A stretch of 64,000 nt of DNA from an uncultured Fibrobacterota bacterium (GCA_963729895.1 CAVSQB010000016.1:1-64000), one strand, 5' to 3'. Numbered from the stretch's first letter, positions 1 through 10,213 are shown. Translations and numbers: made by a program. Notes: generated from the letters alone by a model not told the origin.

Positions 1-254
1 TCCGGCGGTATCGAAGGGCGTCCCATCCGGCTGTACATCGCCTCAAAGTCACGAGAAAGGCGGCGCAGCGCTATGTCCGTAAACTGTTTGACACGACGAA
101 GCGGGTGTGTTGCCGGCACTCGGGAATCCGGAGAAACGAAGCTGAACATACCGCCTTGGGCTGGCTGGGAACCTCTCATCAATACTCCTTGGTTCGGGTT
201 CCCCTATAATATAAGGATAAATGTTTACAAAAGGGAGACTTTTTCAACACCCTG
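1..254 (-). mobile_element. IS5-family element, partial (left end and transposase 5' part); inverted copy of the IS at 5604-6915
   Basis: Reverse complement of 5604-5857, with 2 differences seen (positions 108 and 195). Terminal IR at 237-254, followed by CTAG at 255-258. Runs off the window edge. Confidence 0.95.
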
Positions 255-854
255 CTAGGTAATGAGATAAAAAAGCGGAAAAAGAAATATCCAGATCATG
301 TCCACCAAGTGCCAGTACAAACCGGAATTCGCGAGATAGATCGGGTTTCCCGGGGTTATGGTGCCTCGCGCAACGCGCGTGAGCATCACCGAAAGGACGC
401 CGATGCCTGCAAGGACGTGGACGGCATGCAGACCCGTCATCATGTAGTACAGCCCAAAGAACAGGTTCTCCCCTTTGGAAAGCGACAGCAGCACTGCGGC
501 ATTCGGATACAGGCCGTGATGGAACTTTGCGGTCCATTCGAAGGCTTTTACTATAAGGAAACCGAATGCACATGCAATGGTGGCGGCGACAAACCAGACG
601 GACTGCTTGGGCCTGCCCTTTTCGAGCGCCGCAATGCCAAGTGCGACGGTGAGGCTGCTCGTTATGAGGATAACGGTATTGAGCGTGCCCAGGACCCGGT
701 TGAGCTCCAGGGAACCCGCGTGAAAACCGGCAGGATTCTTGATCCGGTACATGGAATACAGGAGAAACAAGCCGCCAAACAGGATTATCTCCGTGGAAAT
801 GAACAGCCATATACCAACCCTGCCGCCCGCATGCGCATCTTCCCGGCCGTTCAT
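255..854 (-). CDS. coxC: Cytochrome c oxidase subunit III
   Basis: GIWLFISTE..LFGGLF, TGLHAVH and YWHLVD motifs; directly follows subunit I. Confidence 0.95.
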   Translation of the reverse strand: MNGREDAHAGGRVGIWLFISTEIILFGGLFLLYSMYRIKNPAGFHAGSLELNRVLGTLNTVILITSSLTVALGIAALEKGRPKQSVWFVAATIACAFGFLIVKAFEWTAKFHHGLYPNAAVLLSLSKGENLFFGLYYMMTGLHAVHVLAGIGVLSVMLTRVARGTITPGNPIYLANSGLYWHLVDMIWIFLFPLFYLIT

Positions 855-2479
855 AGGGCAGCCTCTTTTTTGTCAAATTCGTACGGGCCTCTGGTGATCA
901 CCGGAATCTCGTCGAAGTCCTCGTGACCGGGCGGCGACGGCAGGGTCCACTCGAGCGTGGCGCCGCCCCAGGGATTGGCCTCCGCTTTGGTGCCTGCAAC
1001 AAGGCCGCGCGCGAGATTGATTGCCACAAGCACGAGGCCCGCAACCATAATGAAGGACCCGATGCTCGCGACCTGGTGAAGGGTTGTAAACTGCGGAAGG
1101 TAGTCGCAGTAGCGCCGCGGCATTCCCTCCCAGCCCAAAATGAACATCGGGAAGTAAAAAATATTGAACCCGACAAATACAATGAGCCAGGCAACAACCG
1201 ACATCGGTTTGTTGTACATCTTTCCCGTCATTTTCGGAAACCAGTAATGCATTGCCGCTGCCAGCCCGAACCCCATGCCGCCAAAAATGACATAGTGGAA
1301 ATGTCCGACCACAAAATAGGTGTTGTGGAGCTGAACGTTCGGCGACAGCGCGCCAAGGAAAAGCCCGGTGAGCCCGCCGATGGAGAACAGAAAAATAAAG
1401 GACAGCGCGTACAGGAACGGCGGCTCAACCTGGATCGATCCCTTGTACATGGTGGCAAGCCAGTTGAACACCTTGATGGCGCTCGGCACGGCAACGAGAA
1501 AAGTAAGGAACGAAAAAATGATGCCCGCCGTATCGCTCTGGCCGCTCACGTACATGTGGTGGCCCCACACCAGCGAGCCCACGCTCGCAATGGCAAGGCT
1601 CGAGAACGCGATCATTTTGTACCCGTAAATGTTCTTCCGGGAAAATACAGGGAAAATGTCGGAGATCACCCCCATCGCCGGAAGTATCATGATGTAAACC
1701 GCCGGGTGAGAATAGATCCAGAACAGGTGCTGGTAAAGCAGCGGGTCGCCGCCTTTTGACGGGTCGAAAACGCCGATGCCGAACAGCCGTTCCATGACCA
1801 CGAGAAGCATGGTGATGCCGATGATCGGGGTGGCAAGAATCTGCACCCATGCAGTCGCATAAAATCCCCACACCGAGAGCGGCATTTTGAAAAATCCCAT
1901 GCCCGGCGCCCTGAGCTGGTGCACCGTGGTGACAATATTGATTCCGGTGAGGATCGACGACATGCCGAGGATAAAAACGGCAAATACGGCGAGCGGCACA
2001 TTGACCGTTGTTTTGAGGCTGAAGGGTACGTAAAACGTCCAGCCCGTGTCAACCGCTCCCCCGCCGAAAAATACCGAAACTAAGGCGAGAACCCCGCCAA
2101 GCACGAACAGATACCAGGTGAACAGATTGAGCCTGGGGAAGATCATATCGCGGCCGCCGATGAGGATCGGCAGGAAGAAGTTTCCGAAGATAGTTGGCAC
2201 AGCGGGAATCACGACAAGGAAAACCATGATGATTCCATGCAGGGTGAACGCCGCGTTGTACTGCTGCGGGGTGAGGATCGCATGGCCGGGCAGCATGTTG
2301 ATGCGCATGATCACACCTATGACGACCGCTGTTGAAAAAAACGTGGTGATGCACGCCAGATACAAAAGGCCGATGCGCTTGTGATCGGTGGCCAGAAGCC
2401 ACCCTAAGGCGCCCGGGTATTTCCCTTTGTGTAAGAAGTACGGAACGTAATCGCCCGTGTGTGTTACCTGTTCAGGCAT
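851..2479 (-). CDS. coxA: Cytochrome c oxidase subunit I (heme-copper oxidase, A2 type)
   Basis: TDHKRIG, YSHPAVY (A2-type YS motif), VWGHH, GHFHY, GMPRR. Confidence 0.97.
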   Translation of the reverse strand: MPEQVTHTGDYVPYFLHKGKYPGALGWLLATDHKRIGLLYLACITTFFSTAVVIGVIMRINMLPGHAILTPQQYNAAFTLHGIIMVFLVVIPAVPTIFGNFFLPILIGGRDMIFPRLNLFTWYLFVLGGVLALVSVFFGGGAVDTGWTFYVPFSLKTTVNVPLAVFAVFILGMSSILTGINIVTTVHQLRAPGMGFFKMPLSVWGFYATAWVQILATPIIGITMLLVVMERLFGIGVFDPSKGGDPLLYQHLFWIYSHPAVYIMILPAMGVISDIFPVFSRKNIYGYKMIAFSSLAIASVGSLVWGHHMYVSGQSDTAGIIFSFLTFLVAVPSAIKVFNWLATMYKGSIQVEPPFLYALSFIFLFSIGGLTGLFLGALSPNVQLHNTYFVVGHFHYVIFGGMGFGLAAAMHYWFPKMTGKMYNKPMSVVAWLIVFVGFNIFYFPMFILGWEGMPRRYCDYLPQFTTLHQVASIGSFIMVAGLVLVAINLARGLVAGTKAEANPWGGATLEWTLPSPPGHEDFDEIPVITRGPYEFDKKEAAL

Positions 2480-3375
2480 CAGCGCTTGTTTCTCACTTTG
2501 CGTTTCATTCCGGAAACAACGAGGTAGATAATAAAAATCCCAAGAAGAGTGAAGATAACCGTGGCGCTCACCTGCAGAATATTGAACACAAACCGGTGGC
2601 TCCCGGGGTCGTAACTAAAACAGGCGCGAAGCACCCGCGCGATGGTCGGCTGCACCGTCCCTGCTGATGCCTCCATGAGCGACATAGTAATATCCATGGG
2701 CAGGTAATCGGTGCCCAAGACGTAGCGCACCACTTTGCCCTGAGGCGAAAGAACAATAATGCCGAGCGGGTGGTCGAATTCGTCCCCCTTTTTGACATAT
2801 CGGAATCCGACGGCACCGGCCAGTCGTTTGATGCTTTGCGCGGAACCGGTGAGGAAATGCCACCGCTCTGCGGGGTACGGTTTCTGGATCGCTTCGAACG
2901 CTATGGCCTTCGCCTTCATTGCATCGGCAGGCGTTTCGTTCTCATCGATGCTGACGGTGATGACGTTCGGCGCGGTTTCGGGCTTATCGGCAAACGGCCT
3001 CAGCGCTCCTGCGATGGAGGTAAGGAGGATGCTGCAGGCATCAGGGCATTTGTAATAGAGAAGGGAAAGTATCGTCGGCCCTTTCACCACATCGCCGAGC
3101 CGGACCGATTTGCCGGTCTGGGTGACAAAGGGAAGATCGAGCGGGACCATTGCCCCGGGCTTTTCGTCCATGCCCATCACGCCGGACGCAGCCGTGTCGG
3201 CCGGAGCGGATAAGAGGGCGATGGAGTCCGGATGGGTTGCCGGGGAAACCGCAGTTTTGTGACTGTGCCCGCCGTGGGCAAACAGGGGAAGAAGGATTGC
3301 GGCTGTCGCAACAATCATTGCACATTGACGAATACAATTTCCGCCGCGTGTCCTCATGATTCCTGGCCTTGACAT
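2479..3375 (-). CDS. SCO/SenC family copper chaperone
   Basis: CPDAC (CxxxC) plus conserved His (FDHP); signal peptide, C-terminal TM; coupled to coxA. Start uncertain. Confidence 0.9.
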   Translation of the reverse strand: MSRPGIMRTRGGNCIRQCAMIVATAAILLPLFAHGGHSHKTAVSPATHPDSIALLSAPADTAASGVMGMDEKPGAMVPLDLPFVTQTGKSVRLGDVVKGPTILSLLYYKCPDACSILLTSIAGALRPFADKPETAPNVITVSIDENETPADAMKAKAIAFEAIQKPYPAERWHFLTGSAQSIKRLAGAVGFRYVKKGDEFDHPLGIIVLSPQGKVVRYVLGTDYLPMDITMSLMEASAGTVQPTIARVLRACFSYDPGSHRFVFNILQVSATVIFTLLGIFIIYLVVSGMKRKVRNKR

Positions 3376-3393
3376 ATAAACACCCAGCCGTTC

Positions 3394-3984
3394 TTATCGC
3401 GCCCCGGCGGTATCCGGCGCCTGTTCATTCGGGGTGCCGCCCGGTTTTGTGGTATCGGACAGCCCGCCGGGAAGTGAACCGCCCAATGCAGGCCGCCCCT
3501 GTATGACGGCAGAGGAATTCGGCGCCTTGATCTGCAACCCGCGTCCGTACACAATGCCAGAACCAAAATAGCCCAATCCTATCATGGCTACAAAAGCCGC
3601 ACCGTAAAGGACGGTCAAAGATAATGTATGGAGCTTGATTTCCGAACCAAGGATGATCCCCGCACCGAGCACAACAAGCGCGACAAAGGCAAGCGCCATT
3701 TTGATAATGATGGGCACGAACAGCGTGGCGTGGTAAAAATGGATCCAGTCCATGATGCCAAACATGATCGTGGGAAACGCGAAAATGAATGCTAGGATAG
3801 AGGCGTGTCTGGCCGTTATTATCAGGTTTTTCCGTTTGAAAATGACGGCGACGAGGAAGAATATCAGCGCGCCGACGACAAGCCCGATCGGCATGTGCGT
3901 CATGGGCGAATGGAGGGGCTCCTTGAAACCGATTTTTGCCAGCAGAGCATAAAGGTCATCGATCATCGGTATCCTCCGGAGCAT
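3394..3984 (-). CDS. DUF2231-like membrane protein
   Basis: PLHSPMTHMPIG motif, 4 TM helices; first gene of the cox unit. Confidence 0.7.
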   Translation of the reverse strand: MLRRIPMIDDLYALLAKIGFKEPLHSPMTHMPIGLVVGALIFFLVAVIFKRKNLIITARHASILAFIFAFPTIMFGIMDWIHFYHATLFVPIIIKMALAFVALVVLGAGIILGSEIKLHTLSLTVLYGAAFVAMIGLGYFGSGIVYGRGLQIKAPNSSAVIQGRPALGGSLPGGLSDTTKPGGTPNEQAPDTAGAR

Positions 3985-4048
3985 TCATGGACAGATTCTT
4001 ACTCTAAAAATATATTCCGGGACAAAAACAGGCGCCGAGCATAGAAAA

Positions 4049-4063
4049 GCAAATAGTGTTCCC
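4049..4063 (-). promoter_or_regulatory. Possible sigma-54 promoter of the cox operon
   Basis: GGGAAC-ACTAT-TTGC, correct GG-N10-GC spacing. Confidence 0.45.
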
Positions 4064-4067
4064 GCCA

Positions 4068-5435
4068 TTAACCGGCAAATTTCCTTTTTCGGTTCTCAAT
4101 GCCGATCACCCTGTTTGCCCAGACAATGGCGATTATTCCGGCAACAATATTTGCGGCGGACAAGCCGGCATAGACTCCCGCCATCTGTGCGAGGCCCGCG
4201 CCTGCGAATGCAAACGGGATCCACAATCCGAATGCCAGGATAAGCTCCAGAACCAAAGCGCTAAGGGGCCGGTTGAGTACATTAAGCGCGGTCCACATAA
4301 TTTGGTGCACGCCCCTGAGTCCAAGGCTCGCAGACACGATCCACAGGTACAAACGAGCCGATTCAACAACCGCGGCATTTGCGGTAAACAACCCGGCCAG
4401 CACCGGGCCGAAAACCAAAAACGTCACGAGCAATACCGCGCCCCAGGCAAGGGAAAATTTCTTTGCAAGGGCAAGAGCGGTTCCGATCCGGTCTATTCTC
4501 CCCGCCCCGAAGTTCTGCCCAACAAACGGGCTCACGCCCGTTGACAGGGCAATAATGAGGGTGAACCCGAGCGCTTCGATGCGCGTGGCCACGCCGAACC
4601 CGGCAACGGCCTCGGCGCCGAACATACTCACGATCCTCGTGAGTACTCCCATTGCAACCGGAATGACTGCGTTGGACACAGCCACGGTGAGCCCGGTTGC
4701 AAGGATCGTTCTCCACGATTGCAGCAGCGGTCCCGGTCCGGGCCACGGCCGGGCGAGGAGCCTTTCCCTAAAGTGAAGAATCCACAGAGACACCGCAAGC
4801 ATGAGGCCGCGGCTTATCACGGAGGCAACGGCCGCGCCGGCGATTCCCATTCCGCCAACCGGACCGAACCCGAAAATAAAAAGAGGGTCCAGGAGGGCGT
4901 TTATTCCCATGCCGCCGACCATCACCGCGCTCGGGGTAAGGGTATCGCCCGTCGCCCGCATCACGTTGTTGCCGATCATGGGAACAACGTAGAATATCAT
5001 TCCGGGATACCACACGACCATGTATCGTTTGATAAGCGGCATTGTCGCATTTGTCGCTCCAAGTACGCGGAACAGCGGCTCCATGGACGCCATCCCGCCT
5101 GCCGTCAGAAACACCACGCATAAAACCGAAAGGGTGAGTGCGTCCGTTGCATAGCGCCGGATACGCGACCGGTCTCCCTCGCCGATGCTGCGAGAAATTG
5201 CGGCCATTGCGCCCACGCCGAGGCCCAGGGTGAAGGTCGCGATGACCATCGTCACCGGGAAGGTAAGCGTGAGCGCTGCAAGAGGCAAAGTTCCCAATTG
5301 TCCAACAAAGTACGTGTCGATCAAATTGAACGACATCATGGACAAAATGCCCAAGAGCATGGGCGCGGAAAGGCGGACAAGGGTTGACACGATGGGGCCC
5401 GAAGTCAATTTTGGAGAAGATGATGGAATATTCAT
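4068..5435 (-). CDS. MATE family efflux transporter
   Basis: About 12 TM; IDTYFVGQLG, RATGDT, LDPLFIFG, GQNFGAG motifs; ATG chosen at 5435. Confidence 0.95.
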   Translation of the reverse strand: MNIPSSSPKLTSGPIVSTLVRLSAPMLLGILSMMSFNLIDTYFVGQLGTLPLAALTLTFPVTMVIATFTLGLGVGAMAAISRSIGEGDRSRIRRYATDALTLSVLCVVFLTAGGMASMEPLFRVLGATNATMPLIKRYMVVWYPGMIFYVVPMIGNNVMRATGDTLTPSAVMVGGMGINALLDPLFIFGFGPVGGMGIAGAAVASVISRGLMLAVSLWILHFRERLLARPWPGPGPLLQSWRTILATGLTVAVSNAVIPVAMGVLTRIVSMFGAEAVAGFGVATRIEALGFTLIIALSTGVSPFVGQNFGAGRIDRIGTALALAKKFSLAWGAVLLVTFLVFGPVLAGLFTANAAVVESARLYLWIVSASLGLRGVHQIMWTALNVLNRPLSALVLELILAFGLWIPFAFAGAGLAQMAGVYAGLSAANIVAGIIAIVWANRVIGIENRKRKFAG

Positions 5436-5603
5436 GGTTGGCTGCACCGAATTTGTAAAAGAGGAAAATAGGTTGTTCACTGCTGGACAACAATGACCGA
5501 GCAGCAATGGGTGCAGACAGGCCGTTCATGACATTGAATGCCTCAGGCCGCGCAATCCCCGAGACTTGGCGCGGGGTACTTCAATCAGCATTTATTTCAC
5601 TAG

Positions 5604-6915
5604 CAGGGTGTTGAAAAAGTCTCCCTTTTGTAAACATTTATCCTTATATTATAGGGGAACCCCAACCAAGGAGTATTGATGAGAGGTTCCCAGCCAGCCC
5701 AAGGCGGTATGTTCAGCTTCGTTTCTCCGGATTCCCGAGTGCCGGCAACGCACCCGCTTCGTCGTGTCAAACAGTTTACGGACATAGCGCTGCGCCGCCT
5801 TTCTCGTGACTTTGAGGCGATGTACAGCCGGATGGGACGCCCTTCGATACCGCCGGAATGGCTTTTGAAAGCACAGATATTGATGGCTTTGTTTTCGATA
5901 CGGTCGGACCGGTTGTTTTGCGAGATGCTGGACTATAACATTCTGTTCCGATGGTTTCTTGACATGGATCTGGATGCGGCATCGTTTGATCATAGTGTGT
6001 TTTCGAAGAACCGAGATCGACTTATGGAACAGGAGATTGCGCACCGGCTGATGCAGGAAATCGTGCGTCTTGCTCGTTCCGAAGAGTTGTTGTCCGATGA
6101 GCATTTCACGGTTGACGGCACGTTGATTGAAGCCTGGGCATCGATGAAGAGCTTCAAGCGAAAAGACGCGGAATCGGCGAACAAGACTGACGATGATCGG
6201 AGTAATCCGTCGGTTGATTTCCACCATGAGAAGCGAAGCAATGAGACACATCAGAGTTCGACCGATCCAGAGGCGCTGTTGGCTCGGAAGAACAAGAGAA
6301 CGGGAGCGCAGCTGGCGTATTCCGGTCACGTGCTGATGGAAAACCGAAATGGGTTGTGTGTTGATATCGCCATTGCGCCAGCGACGGGGACAGCGGAACG
6401 GGATATGGCGCTTGAGCTGATAAAGCATGAACGCAGGCGCGGAAAACGCCGGATGAAGACGGTGGGTGCAGACAAAGGGTATCATGCAACCGAATTTATC
6501 AAGAGCCTGCGACGCCTGCACGTGAAGCCTCACATTGCCGAGAAGGCCAACACTTCGCTTAAAGGGTTGGATGGAAGAACGACTCGGCATAAGGGATACA
6601 GCGTAAGTCAACGGAAACGAAAACGGGTTGAAGAGATATTTGGGTGGATCAAGAGCGTCGGTGGCCTGCGGAAAACTCGGGTAAGAGGAATACGAATCAA
6701 CCAGACTGTTGCCTACGTGGTTGCCGCAGCGTACAACTTGATACGCATGGTTAAGTTGATGCCGCAAACGGTGGGGGCAGCATGAGAATGGCCTGGGAAT
6801 CCGGGGAAATGCCTCGGAACGAGGCAGGTAAAACCTCTCTGACATATGTAAAGTTGAAGTTAGGTTCATAAAAAATCAACAAGAGCGCTTCTGTTAGGAC
6901 TATTTCAACAACCTG
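5604..6915 (+). mobile_element. Complete IS5-family insertion sequence (1312 bp)
   Basis: IRs CAGGGTGTTGAAAAAGTC / CAGGTTGTTGAAATAGTC (16/18); CTAG duplicated at 5600-5603 and 6916-6919. Confidence 0.96.
5679..6785 (+). CDS. IS5-family DDE transposase (DUF772-type N-terminus)
   Basis: GRPSIPPE, VDGTLI, ADKGY, RKRVEEIFG; AAGGAG RBS. Confidence 0.95.
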   Translation: MRGSQPAQGGMFSFVSPDSRVPATHPLRRVKQFTDIALRRLSRDFEAMYSRMGRPSIPPEWLLKAQILMALFSIRSDRLFCEMLDYNILFRWFLDMDLDAASFDHSVFSKNRDRLMEQEIAHRLMQEIVRLARSEELLSDEHFTVDGTLIEAWASMKSFKRKDAESANKTDDDRSNPSVDFHHEKRSNETHQSSTDPEALLARKNKRTGAQLAYSGHVLMENRNGLCVDIAIAPATGTAERDMALELIKHERRRGKRRMKTVGADKGYHATEFIKSLRRLHVKPHIAEKANTSLKGLDGRTTRHKGYSVSQRKRKRVEEIFGWIKSVGGLRKTRVRGIRINQTVAYVVAAAYNLIRMVKLMPQTVGAA

Positions 6916-6998
6916 CTAGATTATCACTTTTAGAAATTGGTCCCAAAATTGAATATCCAGTTATACTGTCCTCATCCGTCAGTAATCAAGAATTTCAT

Positions 6999-7013
6999 TG
7001 GTATATTTTTTGC
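6999..7013 (+). promoter_or_regulatory. Sigma-54 promoter of the desaturase
   Basis: TGGTAT-ATTTT-TTGC(A), 26 bp upstream of the ATG. Confidence 0.65.
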
Positions 7014-7039
7014 AAAAAACTGCCGACATTGGCCTCACC

Positions 7040-8170
7040 ATGGAACAGAAACCATATACGGCTCAAATGCCGTCAGCAAAGCCACCCGCAGCCCGAGGAC
7101 CGGCGGAACGCCTTCAGTTCGGAGAAGACAGGTCTTTTCAGATCGAGCTCAGGCGCCGGGTGGAAGAGTACTTTAAGAGCAGCGGCAGACCCCAGCTCGA
7201 CACGTGGCAAATGTATTTGAAAAGTGGAGTCATTATGGCGTGCTTCGCAATCTCGTACGTAGTGCTGGTGTTTGCGTCCCGCTCCCTATGGACAGGCATT
7301 CCGCTCGCAATCGCACTGGGGTTGACCATGGCGGGGATCGGGTTCTGCATCCAGCATGACGGCGGGCACAATGCCTATTCCAAGCATCGGTGGATCAACA
7401 AAGCCGCGGCAATGACGCTCGATTTCATTGGCGGCAGCTCCTACGTTTGGCATTTCAAACACGCAGTGATCCATCACACCTATGTCAATATCACTCATTG
7501 GGACACCGACATTGACTTCGGCAAACTTGCCCGAATAACTCCGCATCAGGTGCGTCTGCCATTTCACCGGTGGCAGCACCTGTACCTATGGCCGCTTTAC
7601 GGGTTCCTGGCAATCAAGTGGCAGTTTTTTGACGATTTCCAGTATATTGTAACGGGGCGCCTCGGCAGGCACCATATTCCCCGGCCAAACGGAAGGAATC
7701 TGGCCGTCTTTATCGGTGGTAAAATAGTTTTCTTCACCTGGGTATTCGCGATTCCCTTCTTGTTCCACCATTTCCTTGCGGTGCTTTTCTATTACGGCAT
7801 AGCGGTGCTGGTGCTGGGAACGGTGCTGAGCATGATATTTCAACTCCCGCACTGCGTGGGGCAGGCCGACTTTCCGCTTCCTGTCGAGGATACGGGGCGC
7901 ATGGAAAAACCGTGGGCGTCGCACCAGGCGGGGGTCACCCTGGATTTTGCGCAGGGCAATTGGGCGGCCACCTGGCTCCTTGGCGGCCTCAATTACCACC
8001 TCGAGCACCATTTATTCCCCACGATCTGCCACGTAAATTATCCGGCAATGTCCCAAATCGTCAAGGAAACGTGCCGGGATTTCGGGGTGCCGTACCGGGC
8101 CCATCATTCATTTACGCAAGGCGTCGTGTCGCACTATCGCTGGTTGAAACAAATGGGAAGAAACGGTTGA
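7040..8170 (+). CDS. Membrane fatty-acid (acyl-CoA) desaturase
   Basis: Three His boxes: HDGGH, HAVIHH, HLEHH. Confidence 0.93.
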   Translation: MEQKPYTAQMPSAKPPAARGPAERLQFGEDRSFQIELRRRVEEYFKSSGRPQLDTWQMYLKSGVIMACFAISYVVLVFASRSLWTGIPLAIALGLTMAGIGFCIQHDGGHNAYSKHRWINKAAAMTLDFIGGSSYVWHFKHAVIHHTYVNITHWDTDIDFGKLARITPHQVRLPFHRWQHLYLWPLYGFLAIKWQFFDDFQYIVTGRLGRHHIPRPNGRNLAVFIGGKIVFFTWVFAIPFLFHHFLAVLFYYGIAVLVLGTVLSMIFQLPHCVGQADFPLPVEDTGRMEKPWASHQAGVTLDFAQGNWAATWLLGGLNYHLEHHLFPTICHVNYPAMSQIVKETCRDFGVPYRAHHSFTQGVVSHYRWLKQMGRNG

Positions 8171-8213
8171 GGCGGACAGTTTGGGGCGGCCACAAACGGC
8201 CTGCAAGGATACA

Positions 8214-9170
8214 TCACGCCAAAAGGTTCTTTTCCATGAGCCATCGCTCAGCATCCATTGCGGCCATGCATCCGCTTCCCGACGCGGTGACCGCCTGCCG
8301 GTATCTCTTGTCAACAACGTCGCCTGCGGCAAAAACGCCCTCAACGGACGTGGCCGTTGATCCCGGGCTGCTTACAAGATGTCCGGAATCATCGAGATCG
8401 AGTTGATTCGAAAGGAATGCGGTGTTGGGCAACTGCCCTATGGCTTCAAAAGCACCGTGCACTTCCAATTCGCTTGACCTTCCCGTGATTTGGTCTTTCA
8501 ACCGAAGTCCCGAGAGAACGTCGTTGCCGAAAAATTCAACAACGGCCTGATTCCATAGGACCTCTATCTTGGCCGTAGTGGCAACGCGATGCTGCAGTAT
8601 TCTGCTGGCACGAAGCCTGTCATTGCGATGTACCAGATAGATCTTTGATCCGAACTGCGTCAGGTGGAGCGCGCTTTCGGCAGCAGTGTCTCCCCCTCCG
8701 ATTACGGCTAACGGCCTGTTCCTGAAGATCGGCAGGGCTCCATCGCACACGGCGCAGGCCGAAATTCCCAATCCCCAATATTTTTCTTCCGATTCAAGAG
8801 GCAAACGCCTGGACATGGCGCCGGATGCAACAATAATCGCCTGCGTCTCAAAATATCCGCCGTTCGAACAGGTTACGGAAAAAGGGCGCTCGTGCAGGTT
8901 TGTTTTCTCGGCATCAGCCGAAATGACACGCACGTCATACGCGTTTATCTGTTCGCGCATCAACTGAATGAGCCCCGGTCCGTCCACTGCTTTCGGTGCA
9001 GCGGGAAAATTTTCCACCTTGCCGGCGCTCATCAGCTGACCTCCCGCAAGTCCGCCTGTTTGTGCGCCTTCAAGTAGCAACGGGTTGATGTTCGCACGGG
9101 CGGCATAAAGCGCGGCCGTCAATCCAGCCGGTCCTGATCCTATGATAATAAGTTTCTCCGGTGCAGCCAA
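8214..9170 (-). CDS. trxB: Thioredoxin-disulfide reductase
   Basis: GSGPAG, CAVCDG, GGGDTA, GVFAAGD. Confidence 0.95.
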   Translation of the reverse strand: MAAPEKLIIIGSGPAGLTAALYAARANINPLLLEGAQTGGLAGGQLMSAGKVENFPAAPKAVDGPGLIQLMREQINAYDVRVISADAEKTNLHERPFSVTCSNGGYFETQAIIVASGAMSRRLPLESEEKYWGLGISACAVCDGALPIFRNRPLAVIGGGDTAAESALHLTQFGSKIYLVHRNDRLRASRILQHRVATTAKIEVLWNQAVVEFFGNDVLSGLRLKDQITGRSSELEVHGAFEAIGQLPNTAFLSNQLDLDDSGHLVSSPGSTATSVEGVFAAGDVVDKRYRQAVTASGSGCMAAMDAERWLMEKNLLA

Positions 9171-9241
9171 AGGAAGCCACCTTTACGCTGTGCGAGTTGT
9201 CACGGTCTATGGAAGAATCCAGTGAGACATCCGCCGGCCTT

Positions 9242-10213
9242 TTACCCGGCCTCGACCGGCGTCACCTCGATCGCCACCTTTTCGGTAAAATGCCTGAGCA
9301 CCACCAGCGAGCATTTCTTCCCTGCAATGTCGATGACCAAATGTTTCTGTAAATCGTCGATCCCGGTTATGAGCCTGCCGTTGAATTCGACCACCATGTC
9401 ACCTTCCAGGACCCCCGCCTTTTCGGCAGGGCTATCTTTTATGACGCTGGTCACGAAAACGCCTTTGTCAAGATCGAACCCGTAATACCGTGCAACGCGC
9501 CGATGCAACGGTACGGTTTGGCCGGCTATTCCGAGATAGCTGCGCCGCACCTTCCCCTCTTTCAAAAGGTCCACCACCACGAGCTTTGCCGTATTGATGC
9601 CCACGGCAAAACATATCCCCTGCGCCGGAAGTATGATTGCCGTGTTGACGCCAACCACCTCGCCCCGGGCGTTGACAAGCGGGCCCCCTGAATTCCCCGG
9701 ATTGAGCGCCGCATCGGTCTGGATGATATTGTCCATGAGGCGTCCCGACTGCGAGCGAAGCGATCTCCCGAGCGCACTCACCACGCCGGCGGTCACCGTG
9801 CACTGAAACCCGAACGGGTTTCCAATGGCAACCACAAGCTCCCCCACGCGAAGCCGCTGCGAATCGCCGAACTGGACGATGCTCACATCGGGCGCGTCGA
9901 TCCGGATGACGGCCATGTCGGTGGCAGGATCGTCGCCGATGATGCTTGCCCGATACTTTCTTCCGTCGAGCAATGCCGCTTCAATATGGCCCGCGTTGTG
10001 AATGACATGGCTGTTGGTGAGGATCAAGCCGTCGGGCGTGAAAATCATGCCTGATCCGCTACCCCCTTCCCGGTCGATGCCGGGACCGCCCTTAGGGTCA
10101 CCGCCGGCGTTATGCACGTCGATCCTCACCACCGACGGCATGACCCTTTCCGAGGCATCAATCACTACCTGGGAATATGCGTCGAGAGCAACAGTACCGA
10201 TCTTCTCTTCCAC
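9242..10213 (-). CDS. HtrA/DegP-like serine protease with one PDZ domain
   Basis: TNSHV, TDMAV, GNSGG triad; GTG start after AAGGAG. Confidence 0.93.
   Translation of the reverse strand: MEEKIGTVALDAYSQVVIDASERVMPSVVRIDVHNAGGDPKGGPGIDREGGSGSGMIFTPDGLILTNSHVIHNAGHIEAALLDGRKYRASIIGDDPATDMAVIRIDAPDVSIVQFGDSQRLRVGELVVAIGNPFGFQCTVTAGVVSALGRSLRSQSGRLMDNIIQTDAALNPGNSGGPLVNARGEVVGVNTAIILPAQGICFAVGINTAKLVVVDLLKEGKVRRSYLGIAGQTVPLHRRVARYYGFDLDKGVFVTSVIKDSPAEKAGVLEGDMVVEFNGRLITGIDDLQKHLVIDIAGKKCSLVVLRHFTEKVAIEVTPVEAG

Noticed and set aside
5649..6869. 406-aa ORF antisense to the transposase (likewise 60806-61996)
   Set aside because: Shadow frame of a real gene, with no recognisable motifs
255..6998. 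Idea that the cox-MATE segment has already inverted between the IS copies
   Set aside because: That would put the remaining cox genes right after 6919, and they are not there. The palindromic CTAG target is uninformative.
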